Translations under genes and position numbers: made by a program
Shown: positions 45,854 to 48,639 of the stretch, piece after piece
Layout: every line of letters begins with the position of its first letter
Position numbering within the stretch: the stretch's first letter is position 1
Origin: a virus
Taxonomy: Duplodnaviria > Heunggongvirae > Uroviricota > Caudoviricetes
Length of the DNA stretch: 48,639 nt
Virus record (IMG/VR): IMGVR_UViG_2778261184_000002
Location: 1-48,639 of that record
Reading direction: 5' to 3' (one strand)
Notes under the pieces: generated by a model
Told to the model about the DNA's origin: nothing
Database searches by the model: none
The model's input: the letters and a program-made list of their open reading frames with translations, nothing else

Positions 45854-47536
45854 TTAATTGCTCATCACAAATTTTGCAAAGTTTATTAACTGTTCTGGCG
45901 TCCAGTTTTCCGGATCGTCACCGGACGACAACGGCGCGGATTCGTACATACCATGCTCGTTGTTTTGCTCTGATTCATTCGCCTTAAACTCTTTGATCAT
46001 GGTGTTGAGAGTGTCATCGTCGATGTGCAACTGCTCAGTGAACAGATAACGCATAAACGCGTCGCTACCAGCCAGTTTCGGGTTGTTCTGGATCTGGTCC
46101 ATAATTTGGGAGATGACAGCAACAAAGTTGGCGCGTGCATCCAGTTCTCGGTTTTCCTCTTCCTGGATAGCAGTGTTCATTGAGTTGAATTGCACGTCAT
46201 AAGGGCGGTTTGTTTCGGTGTAAACCTTGCCGTATTTATAAGCGAGGTGAATGTCCAGAAGCCGATAAATAGTTCGCTGGGCGGCCTGTCTGATCCAGTT
46301 CGCACGCAATGCAGCCTGGATAGCAGTTTGCTGCCAGCCGCCTTCTCCAAGCCCTCCGCTCATCTGATCAGCCCAGCCAAGCATTGTTGCGTCAATGCCG
46401 AGGCTTGCAGCAAGCTGCCGGAGGTGAAACATAACGTCTTCGATACCACTGATATCTGCGGGTATGGATTGCGTATCAATGGTGATGCCGTTCTTCCCGT
46501 CTCCCATAACAGGTATCAGATGGTTAAGCACAGTCGGAATAGCGTTGGCATTAATCGACCTTTGCGCCACCAGGTCACTATGACGCTTCAATGCCTGGCT
46601 GACGCCACGCGTATAGTTCGCCGCATTAACCGGGTCCAGTGTGTTCGTCGTAAGAGCAATCAGGCGGTCAATTTTGGCTGCATTATTTCGCGTTGATTTC
46701 AGCGCGGCGAGCGAAGCACATAAATTAAGGTAAGGTTCATAGCTGTATTCCAGGAATGAAGTTCCGTAATTCTGCGTCTCCATTAACGGCTTATCAGCCT
46801 GATCACTTAACAGTGAATACCCTTTTGTACCGTAGCTAACCGGAATAACCTTATGCTGCGGCGTCCAATACGGGTTTTTCATGGAAACAAGATTCCACGG
46901 TTCGGTTATTACCCTGCGCAAACTATGCGTATCCAGAATGTAATCACCACTAAAACCGACCAGCTGGCTACCGCGATAAAATTCCTGGACGAAGTGTGGA
47001 AGAGTGTAATAACTGGATTCAATGCCAGTTATCCCTCTGCCCTGTTCAGCATAAGGTCGGACATAAGACACCCCAAAGATCGCCATAATCATGGCCCATG
47101 AAGGAAGTCCGTCATTAATCATTGCCCCCAAATCAGCTGTTAACTCTTCACACCTACTTACCGCCTCGGCATCGGAACCATCTTTTGGCGAAAGCATGAA
47201 TGCCAGCCCGGTTTTCTTTGAAGGCGCAAGCGCATGTGCAATATGAATGTTTAAAGCCGTTGAGATAGTCGGGCTTTTAGCCATCGTTTCCAGGATGTTG
47301 TACTTTTGCAGGCGCTCGCCGGGCAGTTCAGCGGATAAAGAAATTGAATCTGCTGCACTCGTCATGCCATCGCTGTTGCTACCCAGGATGCCTGGACGTA
47401 AAGCGGACAGGCCGGAACGAGCAACGACACTATGCCCGCTCGTAAAAACGACCGGATCGGCGGGCGTAACATCACCACCGTTGAAGGCTTTCTTCAATGC
47501 CGACAGAAAGCCTTTGTTTTTGTCTTTCGTTGCCAT
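45854..47536 (-). CDS. Portal protein candidate (Prt-like)
   Basis: 560 aa; size and position beside pro-like and darB-like genes. Confidence 0.4.
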   Translation of the reverse strand: MATKDKNKGFLSALKKAFNGGDVTPADPVVFTSGHSVVARSGLSALRPGILGSNSDGMTSAADSISLSAELPGERLQKYNILETMAKSPTISTALNIHIAHALAPSKKTGLAFMLSPKDGSDAEAVSRCEELTADLGAMINDGLPSWAMIMAIFGVSYVRPYAEQGRGITGIESSYYTLPHFVQEFYRGSQLVGFSGDYILDTHSLRRVITEPWNLVSMKNPYWTPQHKVIPVSYGTKGYSLLSDQADKPLMETQNYGTSFLEYSYEPYLNLCASLAALKSTRNNAAKIDRLIALTTNTLDPVNAANYTRGVSQALKRHSDLVAQRSINANAIPTVLNHLIPVMGDGKNGITIDTQSIPADISGIEDVMFHLRQLAASLGIDATMLGWADQMSGGLGEGGWQQTAIQAALRANWIRQAAQRTIYRLLDIHLAYKYGKVYTETNRPYDVQFNSMNTAIQEEENRELDARANFVAVISQIMDQIQNNPKLAGSDAFMRYLFTEQLHIDDDTLNTMIKEFKANESEQNNEHGMYESAPLSSGDDPENWTPEQLINFAKFVMSN

Positions 47537-47620
47537 GAATCACCGCGAATTGTTTCCAGTTTCGCGGCAGCATAATCAGTATGTGATTTGATAGGAGAGT
47601 TTTATTGGTGCTGTTAATGA

Positions 47621-47953
47621 TTACTTACACGCTTCCCTGCCCACATAGTCAGCGATGGAACCACTTACAATCCCCCCCATTTTGGGATCAGGTTTTGAAT
47701 TTTTCATCTGTTCAAGCGTCTCCCCAGAACCAAGATACTTCACTTCATTTGTCATGCAATTATATATTCTCTTCGAATATGCTGTCCCAGATGGGCCTTC
47801 CCTTTTTGTAATGATAGTTTTATATTCACCTTCACGACCAATATCCAGCACTGTATAAGTAGCTTTTGGATCAGAAGGGATTTTTATCTTATAGGGCGCA
47901 GCACAAACTGATGCAGAAGCTAATAAAGCACAAACCAGGATTATATTTCTCAT
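47621..47953 (-). CDS. Small secreted protein (AT-rich moron)
   Basis: 110 aa; signal peptide ILVCALLASASVCAAP; markedly lower GC than flanks. Confidence 0.45.
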   Translation of the reverse strand: MRNIILVCALLASASVCAAPYKIKIPSDPKATYTVLDIGREGEYKTIITKREGPSGTAYSKRIYNCMTNEVKYLGSGETLEQMKNSKPDPKMGGIVSGSIADYVGREACK

Positions 47954-47997
47954 AACTATACTCCATGTTATAAATTATCAAAGCTAAGTAAGTAAAA

Positions 47998-48555
47998 CTA
48001 ATCTGGATCAACAATAAGTTGTGAAACCTTCGCTGCAAGTCTTATATAGCGTTCAGCTTCATTTCTGGTGATTTCAAAATCCAGAAAGTGCGCGGCTTCA
48101 TTTCTTAGCGAGCGAAGCCGTTTTAACAGCAAAGCAGCGGAATCTTCAAGTTTTCCTTCTTGAATCAACCAGTCAATGAATAGTTCTGGATTCCGTTTCG
48201 GCTTTAACCCTCCCTGTATAAAACCAGAGCGCCCGGCAGCCTCCTCTACCATCAACCATGACTCCATAATAGCAGCTCTAGGTGAAAAATCAGCAATTCT
48301 CTCTAATTGTGCGATTTTATTTATATATTCAGAGTTATTATTGCCATTGTTAATATTTTTATTCCCAACTGATGCATCTGTTGCTAATACTTCTGCTGCG
48401 GTTAGTCCCGCATTAAACTCAGCTTCAGCTGCTCCAATCTTGAATCTACTCAGACGTACTATTAACTCCTTAATATCAACCCCATACTTATTAACAAACC
48501 ACACAAACACCAATGGCCATGCAAGAGCTGAAACCAAATCTGTAAATGATGACAT
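47998..48555 (-). CDS. Membrane-anchored protein with HEPN-like Rx4H motif (abortive-infection-type candidate)
   Basis: 185 aa; N-terminal hydrophobic helix (LVSALAWPLVFVWFV); C-terminal LRSLRNEAAHF; AT-rich. Confidence 0.35.
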   Translation of the reverse strand: MSSFTDLVSALAWPLVFVWFVNKYGVDIKELIVRLSRFKIGAAEAEFNAGLTAAEVLATDASVGNKNINNGNNNSEYINKIAQLERIADFSPRAAIMESWLMVEEAAGRSGFIQGGLKPKRNPELFIDWLIQEGKLEDSAALLLKRLRSLRNEAAHFLDFEITRNEAERYIRLAAKVSQLIVDPD

Positions 48556-48639
48556 CGGTTATCCTCATTCATTATATTCTCAGCTAGTTTACATATTATT
48601 AAACAGGAACAAAAATGAATTATGCGCCCATCTTCAGAT

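Noticed and set aside
1-48639. CRISPR arrays, IS elements or transposases, rRNA, integrase-type attachment core
   Set aside because: No regularly spaced direct repeats with unique spacers, no terminal inverted repeats flanking a transposase-like ORF and no rRNA-like segments were seen on either strand.

Overview
This window reads as one contiguous, densely packed segment of a P1-family temperate phage or phage-plasmid from an enterobacterium; I could not run any search, so all identifications rest on motifs I can read and on recalled family knowledge. Anchors: a Cre-family tyrosine recombinase (21651-22679, -) beside a 32-bp lox/rox-type inverted repeat (22832-22863), which as far as I recall is the Dre/rox pair of Salmonella phage D6 or a near relative; a PacA/PacB-like terminase pair (24174-27046, -); a 2279-aa DarB-like methyltransferase-helicase (34628-41467, -); a UmuD'-like HumD gene behind a LexA box; a Ref-like HNH endonuclease; dUTPase; a lambda NinI-like Ser/Thr phosphatase; portal- and Pro-like morphogenesis genes; and four minus-strand tRNAs (Ile-CAU, Ser-UGA, Thr-UGU, Arg-UCU) in a 3-kb ORF-poor stretch. 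Signals not explained by ordinary gene calls: (i) at least 14 copies of an asymmetric ~17-bp motif TGTTAGAAAATTAATTT, four of them in an identical 30-bp palindromic layout, sitting before ref, the lpa-like gene, the icd/ant module and the recombinase region, which I interpret as the operator network of a C1-type immunity repressor; (ii) two icd-like genes each preceded by a structured-RNA candidate (c4-like antisense modules); (iii) five proteins with a DUF2829-like (Tad2-type) domain; (iv) five mosaic Ea22-like paralogs; (v) a terminase-ATPase paralog with degenerate Walker motifs; (vi) AT-rich morons at both window edges, one encoding a membrane protein with a HEPN-like Rx4H motif. No CRISPR array, IS element or rRNA was seen.
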